Assembly (NCBI GenBank): GCA_965153285.1
Contig: OZ229115.1
Length of the DNA stretch: 64,000 bases
Source of the DNA: Podarcis tiliguerta
Lineage: Eukaryota
Reading direction: 5' to 3' (one strand)
Part shown: positions 24,662-37,427 of the stretch, piece after piece
How positions within the stretch are numbered: the stretch's first letter is position 1
Layout of the letters: each line of letters begins with the position of its first letter
Program-made: the position numbers and the translations under genes
The notes under the pieces: generated by a model
Told to the model about the DNA's origin: nothing
Database searches by the model: none
The model's input: the letters and a program-made list of their open reading frames with translations, nothing else

Positions 24662-26929
24662 CTGGGGAGAAGGGAAATGGATAAAGTTGCCATGCTTAGA
24701 CATTGGTTATTCAAAGTAAGTTATACATCTTCTTTTGGCAACATATTTTAGTTCATATGAGGCCTGTTTTGGCCTTGGAAAAACTACAAATTTTTTTAAA
24801 AAGCAGTAATGCAGCAAATGGGAGGGGTCAAAATTGGGTCTGTCTATCAAGCATACTGATTTTCCCAGACAGAGTGAACAAACTATATTCTGTTACCACG
24901 CAGGAGAGAACCTCCAAAGTATTATGAATTTTTTCATACTTGCACTAATTGTAACCCACTAAGCTGAACAGAACCCAGCAGTCAGGTGTGGCAGCCCATG
25001 AGAGTTAAAATGGTTAACACCTGAAACAGTTAAAACCTGTTCCATTGCTTCCTTCCTAGACATATATATGGGTGGACAGGGCCTTGTGTGTGAGGGAGGC
25101 TATAGTATATGGAATAGAAACATAGCAAGTTGCCTTATACTGAAGTCAGACCGGTGGCTCACTCAGTTCAGTATTATCTATACCAGATTGCAGCTACTGT
25201 GCTTTCCAGACTGGGGGACAATGAGGGGATGGGAGCGGGGGTCAGTGCACAGGAAACAGAGCAGCAGGACCCATTACCCTGTCTCCACAAACACAGCAGG
25301 CTCTGAGGTGCAGGGAGCAGCAGAAGAGGCTCTCTAGGAGGTTGGGACAAGCAATAACCCACTGCCCAGCTCCCTAGCTGTCCAGGTGGAGCTCCCTATG
25401 TGATTCTTCAACTGGAGTAGGCTCAGAACAGGTGAGGGTCATTTGCCTCGTTAAGCCCAGATGCTGCAATCATTGAGGTGCTGTGTTTGCTTGACTAACT
25501 GCCCATGTTGATGCTCCAGGATCTCTGTGGGACTTTGGGCATGTGGACTGACCCTGGACTGGGAACTTGACATACTGACTTGCCACCAGGTAGGCCAGGG
25601 GTTTGGGACACCCAGGGTGTAGATTTTTTTTATTTTAAAAACGTTCCAACATTAATTGTATTGGACCTTTGGCTAGAATGTATTAGTCCTCTTTTGGTGT
25701 GCCTGCACTTTATGACTCTTGTTATAAACTCCTTTCCTATCTGGCACAAATGGTCACTCAGGATGTTTTGCTACTTCTGCTTTGAGCTAGCACAGGGGTG
25801 AAGAAATCTGGCATCTCCTTGAGAGGTTCCAAGGAACAGATAGGGTCAACAACTGGGTAGAAGGCCTGGTTGCTAAGGAAACTCTGATATAGTAGGACAT
25901 TTGAGACTCAAATGACCCAAGCAGTTAGGGGCACCCAAACATAATTGCAGGGGCAAAGTTACTGGTGTTTTACTTCATGTGTGCTTTACTTCATGACCTG
26001 TAACCTTTCTTGATGTTTGTAGAAGGATGTTTAGGAATGTTTCAATGTTTTATATGTTTATATGTTTCAATGTTTTATAACTCTTTGTGTGCTGTGTTTG
26101 AGCTACTATATATAGGCTTTGTTATGTTTTTACTCTGGTCAGACCTTTTTCTGAAGTAGTGGTTCAGCTAGAACAACCATGTTAAGTTGAGCTATTAAAA
26201 TAGCATCTAAGCTTGCTGTAATTCTTTTGGTTCCATGTTTTATTTAAAAGCTGTCCCCTTGCCTGGGTAATGAACAGGTGGAGGAGAAGTAGATTCTTCC
26301 CATGAGCTGATGAAGGTTCAGATGTAGCTAAACTATATGAAGTTTCTAACACCTGTTGTAAAATTCTGCTGCAACAGAGTAACATGGCTACTTTTCTAGG
26401 AAGTATGAGAATGTGTCTCAACCCCCCCCCCCCTTCTCTAAGCAGTCATAGAATTTATTGATAGCAGGAATGTGAAATCTCAGCCAGGCCCCTGAGCCAA
26501 ATGTGGACTTCTAGGCCTATTTATCTGGCCCTTGAGAACCCCCAAAGCCATTTCCCCTCCCTGATTACCTCATCTCTTCCCAGGCCACAGCCTCACCAGC
26601 CTAGTTTCACACCCTCCTTGAGTGTTTTTGGAATGTTTCCTTGAACTCTGTTAATTCCTCATGGTGGTCTGAATGCTGAATGTAGGGTAGGGCTGGGTGG
26701 GTACAGTAACTAGCCTGCTGAATAAAGGTAAAATTTACATTTATTGCTCTGCCTACTTTTACCTCTGGTCCCACCCACCACTGGCACATAGCTCTGGGGA
26801 AGATTGCCCAGAATTGAATGTGACCCTCAAGCTGAAAAAAACGGTTCCCACTTCAATTCTAAAGGTAGAACTGCAAATTGTTCCATTTGGCATCAGTCCT
26901 GTTTCTGGAAATATAATGGAACTGCTTAC

Positions 26930-27071
26930 CCACTTGCTAGCATTTGTATTCCCCAGTATTGTTCCATCTCCTGGCTGCACTTTTTATATACTTTCTTACA
27001 ATTTCTTTCATCTGACTGATCCCCACAGTCATCATCTCCATTGCAAAGCAGCCTCCGATTAATGCATCTCC
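26930..27071 (-). CDS. C8B: C8 beta exon 4 (LDL-receptor class A)
   Basis: ttgtag|GG..AGT GG|gtaag, 142 nt; [47 protein letters not shown]. Confidence 0.97.
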
Positions 27072-30000
27072 CTACAACACAGAGTGGGAACACACTAATT
27101 AATTGTTAATCTGATATTTCCCTTTAGCTCAATCAGTGCAATGCTTTGCCCCTGACCCCTGAAAATGTGAAGATGCAATTATCAATTTATTTCAGGGAAA
27201 GCGCTTGGCTTATCTGCTCCTTTACAAATTCGGGTTTAATAACCAGGCACATTTAATTGATTAGGATGAGTCTGCATAAACATTTTTGTAATATTATTTT
27301 GAACTTAAATTAGCGGCAAATTGTATTGCATTTCTTAGGCGAAAAGTCACCACTAGCAGGAAGAACTTGAGAAATATGGTACAACTGTAATTGCAACATG
27401 CAGCCAATGTATAACCTAGCAATCTGGTTGAAATATAGAATGTACTGAGTATTGAGGATCATTGTTTTGAAAAGGCAATGTTTCTGTACTTTAGAATTGT
27501 GCTGAAATGCTTGAAAGCATGCTCGTACTGGCTTTGTTTGGATGTAATAATAAACTACGATTTACTGTTACATCAATGTTCCTGTGCAAACCTCAGGCTC
27601 ACACCTTCCCTGTTCTGCTTTGGACTGCCATGAGAAGCACTGCCAGCCTACCGCTAGGCAGAGTAAGGGAATTATCTCAGGTTGCAGATGCTGGCGGAGG
27701 TTGTAGTGGTCCCTTTCAATTCCTCCTGAGGCCTCTGTTCCTCAACAATTCCCCTCCATTGGAGATTAGAAATATGTCAGCAATATGCCTAAACTAGCCT
27801 GCTGTCCTCAGGTGCACAGAGATATACGTACAGACAGATGCTATCACATTGTATGTGTTAAAGCAAGACTTAACTGCTAGTTAGTTTCTGTACATAAAAA
27901 GGGGTGTGTGGAGCATGTTGCTATTTGCTTCAGACAACAAGATGCCTTGGGTTAGTCCTGAAGGAAAATGGGAAGCTTTCATTTCCACTTTTTAATTAAC
28001 GGCCAGTTAGTGTTATGTCATAAACTGGACAAACTGTCGATAGTTTTAACTATGCTTTGCTCTCACTTTATGACTCTGGCTGGTGTCCATACACCTTAGT
28101 TCAGATTAGGTACAGTTTAGGATTTGGATGTAATATTAAATCTTCCAATCTCCTCACTGTACTTGTGCAAAAGAAGAGACGGGAAGGCGGCCACTCAAAC
28201 CCAAGGCTTGCACTGTCTCATTTATGTTTTGAAAAATAACAGTTCATCATTATATTTGAATGAGGCCACTGTCTGCAGAAAGTTGAGAAAGTAACAGCCT
28301 GCACTCGATGTCCTATGCTGAGAAGCAGCACTTGATGGACCAAGTTTGAATACTGAACCTGGATCTGTGGGTAAATACAGTGAAGTGGCTTTAACCTTGG
28401 GTTTATGTCCCTGTTCTCTATTCCCAAAACTACAACAGGATGTTACCTACTAGTGATTTTTGCTGCTGTATTTTAATCTATTGAAAGCTGCCTAGATTAG
28501 CTGGGGTAACCCAGTTCGATGGGTGGCATATAAATAAATTATTATTATTAGCAGTAGTAGTAGTATATAAATATGGCCACCACCTAAGGATTCCTCATCC
28601 ATAAAACTGAGTCTAAGCAAATTTGTACTGCAAATCCTACTTATGGCACTCTTGAGTCTATGTTTTCAAAACCTCCTTTCTGCCCTGCCATAACTCTTAT
28701 TCCTGTGCCAACTTTCTGCCTTTCCCCCTTCTCCTTGACCCCCAAAGTGCTTCTGGTTCTGCTTCCACTGCTTTCTTGGCTTGAATAAGACCCTGCCCCA
28801 AACTTCTTGAAAACTTGGGACCGCCTGCTTGCTGTAAAAGCAGAATCTGCCAACGTTGCATATAGCCTAATGCAAAGTCCCTTTCCCATGGCATCCCATT
28901 TGCATTGCCAACTTAATGCTTCCTGCATCCTTTCATCACTTGCTGCAACCACCCAAAAAAGTACAATTTCTGTAGGAATTCCAAATGTTGCCATTGCATA
29001 AAAAACAAGCAAACAGCAACCTGGAGTTTCCTGGCTGCAGAAATCGAGACAGCACTGCTGCGTCTAATAAATCCTCATTTTTTTGTTTTATAGTGAAGTT
29101 TGAAGAGAAAGCTGATGAGGAGTAATTCTTAATATATTACGAATGTTGATGATTGTTGCTGCAGTATCTTTTTAAAAAAAAAATACGACTGCAATATTTT
29201 GAAATTCTAGCTGTGTATAATATGAGTCATTAGAAGAGCTTGGGAAGGCAGTTTTCTTATTTTTCTTGCTGCAGTTTATAACCCAGAACAGATCTGAAAT
29301 TCTTTGCAGCCTGTCTAGAGCATCTATACTTCCAGCACCCTGCCATGTATACTGCTGGAAAATGCACACGCAGGCGTGATTACCAAGCAGGCTTGGGCAT
29401 AATGTAATCCAATAAATTTTAACAGCAGACATGAGAGAAAGCACGTGAGCTTCATTTTGATCTGTATGGACCTCTTAAAATGAACCTAGAAAGGGAGCCG
29501 GGAACAAATAAATTTTGTTATGATAAAGCTAACAGAGAGCATATCATTTATGATTTCTGAAACATGACACCACCAGGGGCACACAGCGGGTGGAATTGAA
29601 CATTGTGCATTGTGTAGGAACATGGACATTCCGTCTGTACAAGCACTGCACCTCACAGAATGGAACTGTTTAAACTATGGATCAAATATGGGCATGCAGT
29701 ATGCTGGTGTACATTGTTGACATTATAGGCACTTCACTCCTTCCCTGCTCATGCTCTATATGTGCTGCCAGGAAACAGTCCATGGTTTGACTTAGATTGA
29801 ACTCAGGCTTGTATATTGTTTTCTCCCAACAAACCATAATTGGTAAGCCAATAACAACCCTTGGTTTCAATTCATGGTTTGTCAGGAAAGCAGCAAACCC
29901 AGATTGGGATATAGTGCCGGACCCAGACTCTGGCCTGATTCCCAGCAGCGCAACAGCAGAAGTTGCTCGAGAGAAGTGAATCGCCCACTGTTTTGCATCA

Positions 30001-30342
30001 TTCACCAGCACACTGTGTGTTCGCATATAAACCATAGTTTAGTTTAACTGTGGTTTAAAATGATGCGCAAACCAGGCCATTGTTGTTCCCTGTTGTCCCA
30101 TTCTTCTTGCTGGTTTTATAATTATGTCTGTTTAATAATGCAAACCATATCAAATTTCAGTTGTGACAAATCAAACAATGTGAACTATTACTCTACAGTT
30201 TAAAAGGTCTGCCAAGAGTATGATTTCATTCACTCTATTAAGTTCAAATTTTCATTCACTCTATTAAGTTCGAATACAATTCAATACATGGGGGCTTAGC
30301 CACTGGCTTCAAATTTAGGAAAACCACTTCTTATTCACTAAC

Positions 30343-30481
30343 CTGTGGCACACACAAAGCCTTCACATCTAACTGTATTCCTGCAAGGTCTGTTTGTAAC
30401 GCAGTCTTCAGTTTCTTTGTCAGAGTAATCACACGGGTCACCGCCAAACTGAGAAGGCCGTTCCACATGGACAAATCTGTA
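30343..30481 (-). CDS. C8B: C8 beta exon 3 (end of TSP1, start of LDLRA)
   Basis: ttacag|TAC..ACA G|gttag, 139 nt; YRFVHVERPSQFGGDPCDYSDKETEDCVTNRPCRNTVRCEGFVCAT. Confidence 0.96.
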
Positions 30482-30595
30482 CTGTAACAGAATAGAGATT
30501 ATGAATTCCAGGTCTCCTAAATTAAAAAAGGCATGTATCCCAGATATCCCTAGATCTCTGCTAGGGGCAGCACCAAGAAGAAGGCATCTGATGGC

Positions 30596-30632
<37 letters not shown>

Positions 30633-30924
30633 AATTACTAAGCCAACCTTGACTAAATGATCTCAGAATCAAAGCAGTTCCCGATATATACCAACTACCA
30701 AAACAATCAATCCACAAATCAATTTACAAAAGAGAAGGTAAAAATAAAGTACTAGTGTTAAAATTTGTATCACAACATAGTGCAAGCGGTTTAACACTGT
30801 CTGGCCGCTGTGAGAATAGGATGCTAGGCCTGATCCAGTAGGCTCATCTTATGTCATATATACACATTAATATCCTGTTAATGCCCAAGCAAATGTATAA
30901 AACATATGTTTCCAAGTTGCTTTC

Positions 30925-31828
30925 AGAAAGTAAGGGGAAATGTCTGTGCGTGTTATGGAGCGAATGCCTAAGGATGGCGGGGGGATCTGCTGCAGTCGTG
31001 AGCAGAGGATCCATGGTTCCTCTTCCTTCCCTCCTCCTTGGCTCGCTTTGAAACAGCAAAGCGGGAGAAGAGCCGCTGAGTGGGGAGGAGAGAGAGACAG
31101 AGAGCCTGCTTGCTTTAAAGGAGCAAAGCGGGAGAGGAGAGGAGAGTAAGCAAGTGTAAGCGGCTCCTGTTCGGTTGGCTCCTTTAAAGCAAGCAGGCTC
31201 TCTGTCCCTCTCTCCTCCCCACTCGCTAAATAGCAGCAAAGATTTTTCAAGCAGGCTCTCTGTCTCTCTCTCCTCCCCACTCGCTAAATAACAGCAAAGT
31301 TTTTCGCAAGCAGGCTCTCTGTCTCTCTCTCCTCCCCACTCCTCTTATAAGAGCCTTCTCCTCTTATACCCCTCTTCTGCATTATTAACAGCATCCTTCT
31401 CCACCCACCCCACGCGTGTTCCTTGTCCCTTGAATGCTTTTCCTTCCCTCCCCACTTAAAACATGGTTACAAAGCACGGATCCACATGGATCCTCAGGAT
31501 TTTTGCACTGGGTCACCCCAAATTCACCATCAGATCACATAGCATGTCCATGGCTACAGCTTGCACCAAAAAAATCACGCACCCACTGCTGCCTGGGGCT
31601 GCAGTGGTGCAAAAACGTGGTTACAAAGCACGGATCCACATGGATCCTCAGGATTTTTGCATTGGGCTACCCCAAACTCATCGTCAGATCACATGTCTGT
31701 GGCCACAGCATGAACCACAAAAATCATACATCCACTGTTTTGTTTAGAATATTTTTTTTCTTGTTTTCCTCCTCTAAAAACTATGTGCGTGTTATGGTTG
31801 GGAGCGTTTTCTAGAGCGAAAAATACGG
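30925..31828 (+). mobile_element. Tc2/pogo-like non-autonomous element, left TIR missing
   Basis: Right end GAGCGAAAAATACGG|TA and subterminal aaggggaaatgtctgtgcgt..atggagcgaatgc are shared with the elements at 51.8-55.6 kb. Contains internal direct and inverted repeats. Confidence 0.7.
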
Positions 31829-32320
31829 TATGTTGTGGATTTTTGTTTTTGCTGGTTTTTATTAAGGGCTATGTTCAAATTAAGGAGTTCTCAAGGCTAG
31901 ATCTCCCATGATTATGTGTGTTCTATAGCGATTAGGATGGCAGAGAGATGTCACCAGGCAGAATGAAGTCTTGCACCTTCATAACAGTGCATGCAATCTC
32001 TAATATACCGGTATGTGGTATTTGTGGGTTGAGGGGAAGACCAAACTAGTACTGCTCTAAGTATGCAGAATGTTCTCTTTTTGTTGCCATACTGATTGGC
32101 AGATAGCTACCCATTTTGCTGTTTGAGGTAATGGTTTCCCCTGACTTCTTCATTACCCACCCCCCAGTCCTTGCACCTTCAGAGGTAGGGACAAAAAGAG
32201 TGATTTGGGACACTTTGGTGGCCTGCCTGTGAAACTCCTTCCCCAGGAAGACCTGTCTGACTGCTGTTCTGTTGTTCTTCCAAAGTTGGGGAAAACTTTT
32301 ATTCCCTTTTTAACGAGTAT

Positions 32321-33007
32321 TCTACGTGGGGCTGCCCTTGAGACTGACCCAGAAACTCCAGCAGGTGCAGAATGCCGCGACAAGACTCCTTGCGGGGTCC
32401 TCACCACGGGATCACATTCACCCGGTGCTATACCCGCTGCACTGGCTCCCAGTGGAGTATAGAATCAGGTTTAAGGTGCTGGTTTTAACCTTTAAAGCCC
32501 TATACGGCCTAGGACCCTGGTACCTATGGGACCGCCTCTCGTGGTATGTCCCATGGAGGATCTTACGGTCTTCAAATAAAAACATCTTGGGGATCCCTGG
32601 CCACAGGGAGCTTAGACTGGCCTCAACCAGAGCCAGGGCTTTTTCAGCCATGGCCCCGATCTGGTGGAACGCTGTGTCGCAAGAGACCAGGGACGTGACA
32701 TCTTTCCGCAAGGCCTGCAAGACGGAGCTGTTCCACCAGGCCTTTGGCCAAAGCACAGTCTGACCCCCTCTCTCCATCTGTAATCCTCATAGAATCCTCA
32801 TAGCCCAATGGTTGCCATTAATTTGATTCTGAATTGATTTTAGAATGTATTTTAATTAATTGACTGTGATTTTATGTAAATTGTGCTATTTTTACTGTTG
32901 TTAGCTGCTCTGAGCCTGGCTTTGGCCAGGGAGGGTGGGATATAAATAAAAAATTCTTCTTCTTCTTCTTCTTCTTCTTCTTCTTCTTCTTCTTCTTCTT
33001 CTTCTTC
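32321..33007 (+). mobile_element. L2-clade LINE, 5'-truncated 3' end with (CTT)n tail
   Basis: YVGLPLRLTQKLQQVQNAATRLL..LHWLPVEYRIRFKVLVLTFKAL..RAFSAMAPIWWN is the typical L2 ORF2 C-terminus. The 3' UTR ends tataaataaa followed by a (CTT)n microsatellite at 32955-33007. Confidence 0.9.
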
Positions 33008-35928
33008 ACCACAGCATTGATTCTGAGAGGTCTAATTCTGATTAAAGCCCAGTTTTCTCCCCACTAACACAGAATAGTGGCCTGCCTACATGTTCCTTCT
33101 TGTATCAGACAAAACCATGCAGGCTGTAGGCCACTTAAGCTCTTAGCCCATAAGCAAAGCTGGCCAGGGATAGGATGGGGGCAAGAAGATCATCACTGTT
33201 GATAGGATTCACACAGAATTCATGTACCCTGCAGCTGAGAGCATTGCTTCAATGAGAGGATCAGGGTGGAAAGTCAAGGCTCTAATTTAATGCTCTGAAG
33301 TAGCATGCTGGCAAGTCCTGTCACCGCAGGCATCACTCCCTTGCCTTCACATCCCCCTTTGCCCCTGGATTGGCAATTGGGGAATTAGGAGAAAGTACCC
33401 CCTGAAGAAGCCAGATCTGGCTAAGAGACTTCTAGGTACTGACATCTCCTCTAGGAACTGCAGTAGTTTTTGGATCAGCTGATGTCGCTGAATTGGACCT
33501 CTGCTCTTGGTGGATGACTCCTGCCTTTCTGCTTATCTGCCTGCTCTTCTGCCAACCATGAACTCACCTCCCATGCTCCACCAACCTCAGATGGTTTCCT
33601 CTCCTTGGGACCACTCTACTTTTTAAAAAATGTTCCCAGCATCCTCACCTTCTGCCATGGTCTCCAGAAGCCCTTCTTGCTAGCAAAGGTCCAATCCTGC
33701 CCAAAACTAGATACTAAGTGCCTGACAGGGTTCCAATTTTCATTACCTCTGACACCCTCCAAAATCCTCCACCCAGAAACACTAAGTGAGCAAGTCTGTG
33801 AAAATCTCTGGGGTTTGCTTAGTACCAGATACACGTATCTTCCGTCCTGCCTTGTCATACCATTAGGGCACATTTCAGAGATCAGATGTGCTCATGCAAC
33901 TCTTTTCTATGATTTCATATTTGCTGTGGGCTTTAACCTATGCTGCCCCTGTTCATTGTTGACAGGGTGACTAGGAGGCCCATATGCAATGTATCACCAG
34001 TGCTATCAGTTTCATTGTGATGCTGTGAAAGATGTCATGGGAGAAAGGTCTCCAACTTTTACTGGCTTTTGTGTACTTTCAGTCATATGCTAGAGTTCCA
34101 ATAAGCTCTATACCTCTAGATGCAACAGCCAGCCTGCAATAAAACCTTCTCAGTTACAAGTTCAATATTATCTGTGCTCTCCTTAGTTTGCTATATCCAC
34201 TTTTCTTAGCACCTAATACAGTAGGGCTTTCAGCTGCTATTCCAATAACAAAAGTAATGATGATAAATAATCATATGTAAGCTGTGGCTTTGAGCAAGGC
34301 CAAAGAATGACTACTCAAAAAATGAGTAGCCTTAGCATGGTGACAAGATGATATTATACGGCACTTTTGAAGATAATGGGAATCTTACCACTAATGTCTG
34401 TAACAATCAAAGCCTTAGTCTGAAGACACTTTGTAGGTGGAAAATGCTCAAGGATGAAAAATGAGCGGCTGTGGGCCATAATCTCCCAGCCAAAAGCAAG
34501 GATATTGAGGGTGCTCCACACAAATGGGCTCTACATCAAGAGTGCTCTAGCATAGCTAGTAAAGTGTGGCAACTCCCCAGTCACTTTCTGTACAAGAAAG
34601 ACAATAAAAGGCTTGCTCCCCCACTGCTGTGCAAAGTGCTTTGCTGACCCCATGCTCTATGGTTAGCTCTAAGGGCTAGCAAAACACATTGTGCTGCCCT
34701 CCCAAATGCCACACAGCCAGCTGGTTGCTGGGTGTTTTCGTGAAATGCTGCACAAGGGACTGACAGGTGTCATTGACCTGACATCAGATAATTTGAAAGG
34801 AAGGCTGTCCTGCCAACCTGTCAAAGGTGGCCTGTGGGGGTGGGGGAGAATAGGAAACTGACCCACTGGAGCAACAGAAAACATATCTGCTCCATCTTTG
34901 CAGTGGGACTGCAAGCAGGCTGTTTAAGTGGATGCAAAACTGGATTGTCAATAAATACTGAAGTTGGGATTATGATACCTCTGTTGAAAATAAGTGGAAG
35001 TAAGAGAAGACAATGGGTGGTAGACATGCTCATTTTTAAATCATCACTTTCTCCAGACAGCACATGGTGCTGATAATTCATTTATTTTTTAAATTTACCA
35101 TTATGAAATGTGGACAACCAAACAGGTATGTGCAGCTGAACAGGTACAATGAGGTCTGAAATTCAGACAAGGTATTTGGACCCCATAAATTGAACTGAAC
35201 TGATTAATCTGCAGATTCACACCACCTGGGAAAATTGGAAGAGGAAGCGGTGTCTATGTTGTGCTTGTGTAAGTGCAACCTCTGGTACCTGTTGGCTGAG
35301 CTGGTGTGATGGCATTGGATGCTTTCCTACTGTTTAGGGAATAGAGCTTGTCAAAATGATTGTAATCCAACTTTTGAAGGAAGGAAAAGTTGCTGGTTTG
35401 ACATGGATTGCAGCACAGTCCCTTGGGATGAGAGTATGCTTGAGGGACAGGCTGGAGACTAGAAGTGCATGGAAGCTAAAGGCCCCAAAGGCAATGCGGG
35501 TGAATGAAGGAAAAACATATTTGGGGCAAGATAAATAATGGCTTGAGGGAAGGGAGCAAAGGAAATGAGGACAAGCTAAGTTTCTTCTCTCATCCGCATT
35601 TTTAAAAAACTTTATTTCAAAACAAAATTTTATATTTTTGCTTTTAAGGAAGCGACTCTTTGGGGGAAAAACCCACATAGATCAGTATGGCTTTGTATGC
35701 TCTGTGGAAGGTCTATGTATAGATATGAGAACACAAAAGGCCGGCCACAAGGCACAAGTGGGCATTTTTCAGTGCTCTGCTCTGAAAAATGAGGACCCAA
35801 GGAAACGATGTGTAATAGACACATGGAGTTGAAAGGGAGCCATTTTGATTTGAATTAATCAGCCACCTTGCAAGCTTCTCATTGCAATACATTGAAATAC
35901 CACACAAACAGATCACAAAGACACTCAC

Positions 35929-36085
35929 CCTTTTCCTCTGGCAAGGATCGCAAGTGCTCCATGATGACCAGCTGGAAAGTGTACAATCGATGGGCTGTGG
36001 TGGGTTGCTGGGAGACCGGCGCCATCTGCCCTTGGTCACATTGGTATCAGCTCCATATAGTTGAAGAGAACTGTCTTTTTCTCCA
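35929..36085 (-). CDS. C8B: C8 beta exon 2 (propeptide + start of TSP1)
   Basis: tgcag|T..AGG|gtgagt, 157 nt; SGEKDSSLQLYGADTNVTKGRWRRSPSNPPQPIDCTLSSWSSWSTCDPCQRKR. Confidence 0.97.
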
Positions 36086-36737
36086 CTGCATTTTAATAGA
36101 GGGAAAGCTATTTTTTCATTAGGGCGCATGTCAATCTGTCTCCTATTTCTTAATGCCAGCACCCACCCGGGCACCAGTTTAGAGCACTTCCCATTCACAG
36201 AAACGAGGTGTTCAATTAAAGTACACAACAGTTTTGCCACTCTGCCTTGTGCAAAATTCAAGTTGCACAACTAACTCAAGTATTGTAATTGCTGCACGAG
36301 CAAAATCCCACATAATTGAATTCTTGTGTGATTACTAAGGATGTGTGATGCAGAACTCTGCTTGGACCACTGCATGCCCATCAGCATACCACTGAGAGCT
36401 ATTTATTGTTGAAAACAGTCAACATACAACCTACATAGTGCCCAGTACTAATACATAGTGCCCAGTACTAATGGGTGTGTAGATAGTATCCAGAGTTGAT
36501 GTTGCATCTCAGCTTGAGGTGATGCCAATTGACCAAAGCTCACTGAAACTCAGTAAATGGTGAGACAAAATCTAATAAGCCCAGGCTGAATTTAACCTGC
36601 CACTTTGAAGTCCCTTCCTAGCTATTGGCTGAATTGCTATGATGTCACAGATGCTTGATATTCAGAGCTTATTCACTGTATTGAATTAGTGGTCCTCCCT
36701 CCACCCTTCCTGCTCCCCCACAAGTATATGGTTCTCA

Positions 36738-37427
36738 CTGGATTAGGTAACTGATAGGTGGATTTGTAGCTGGTTGATTGACCAAACCCAAAGAGTGCTC
36801 ATTAATGGTTCCTCATCATTCTGGAAAAAAGTGACGACAAGTAGGGTGCTACAGGGTTCTTTCTGTCCTGGTCAGGGGTGCTGACATGGAACCCAGGTTA
36901 TGGGTACCCAGTGGAGCCCATGACGTAACCTGCCGTCATGACGTCGTGACATCATGATGCCACGTTGTGTCGGTGGCTCAGCGGCACTTCTGAGGCCTCG
37001 CAGGGTTTCGAAGGGCTTTGCGAGTCCTTTGATGTGACTTCCGGTTTCTACTGGAAGTCGCATTCAGAGACCTCTGACTTTGCTTTTAAGACCTTGCAGG
37101 GCCTTGGAGGTCACATCTGAGGCCTCGCGAGTCCTTTGATGTGACTTCCGGTTTGTATTGGAAATTGGGTTTGGAGGCCTGGCAGGGCCTCTGACCTCCT
37201 CTGACCTCCTCTGGGAAGTTGCATCAGGTCTCTAGTAGAAACTGGAAGTCGTGTCAGAACCCCATGTTGTGAGAGCTAAGCAAAAATAAAAAATAAAAAT
37301 TGTGGGTGCCCTGGCATCCAGGGGCCCCTAGACCTGACATCTATGGTCCTGGGCCTATAGCTGTTCAGCATCTTTATCAACAACTTGAGGGCATGCTCAT
37401 CAAATTTGCAGATGACATCAAACTGGT
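36738..37427 (+). mobile_element. Old CR1 reverse-transcriptase fragment, split by a hAT MITE
   Basis: Degenerate WI.SWL..TQRVLINGSSS.WKKV..GV.QGS (left part) continues after 37345 as VLG..LF.IFIN.L..LIKFADD.KL, with frameshifts. Confidence 0.8.
36873..37345. mobile_element. hAT-type MITE inserted in CR1
   Basis: CAGGGGTG...CATCTATG ends. 8-bp TSD GTCCTGGT/GTCCTGGG at 36865-36872 and 37346-37353. Internal repeats gatgtgacttccggttt. Confidence 0.7.

Noticed and set aside
29566-29585. CTCF-like CCACCAGGGGCAC
   Set aside because: It is one G short of the core spacing. A weak motif match with no other support.
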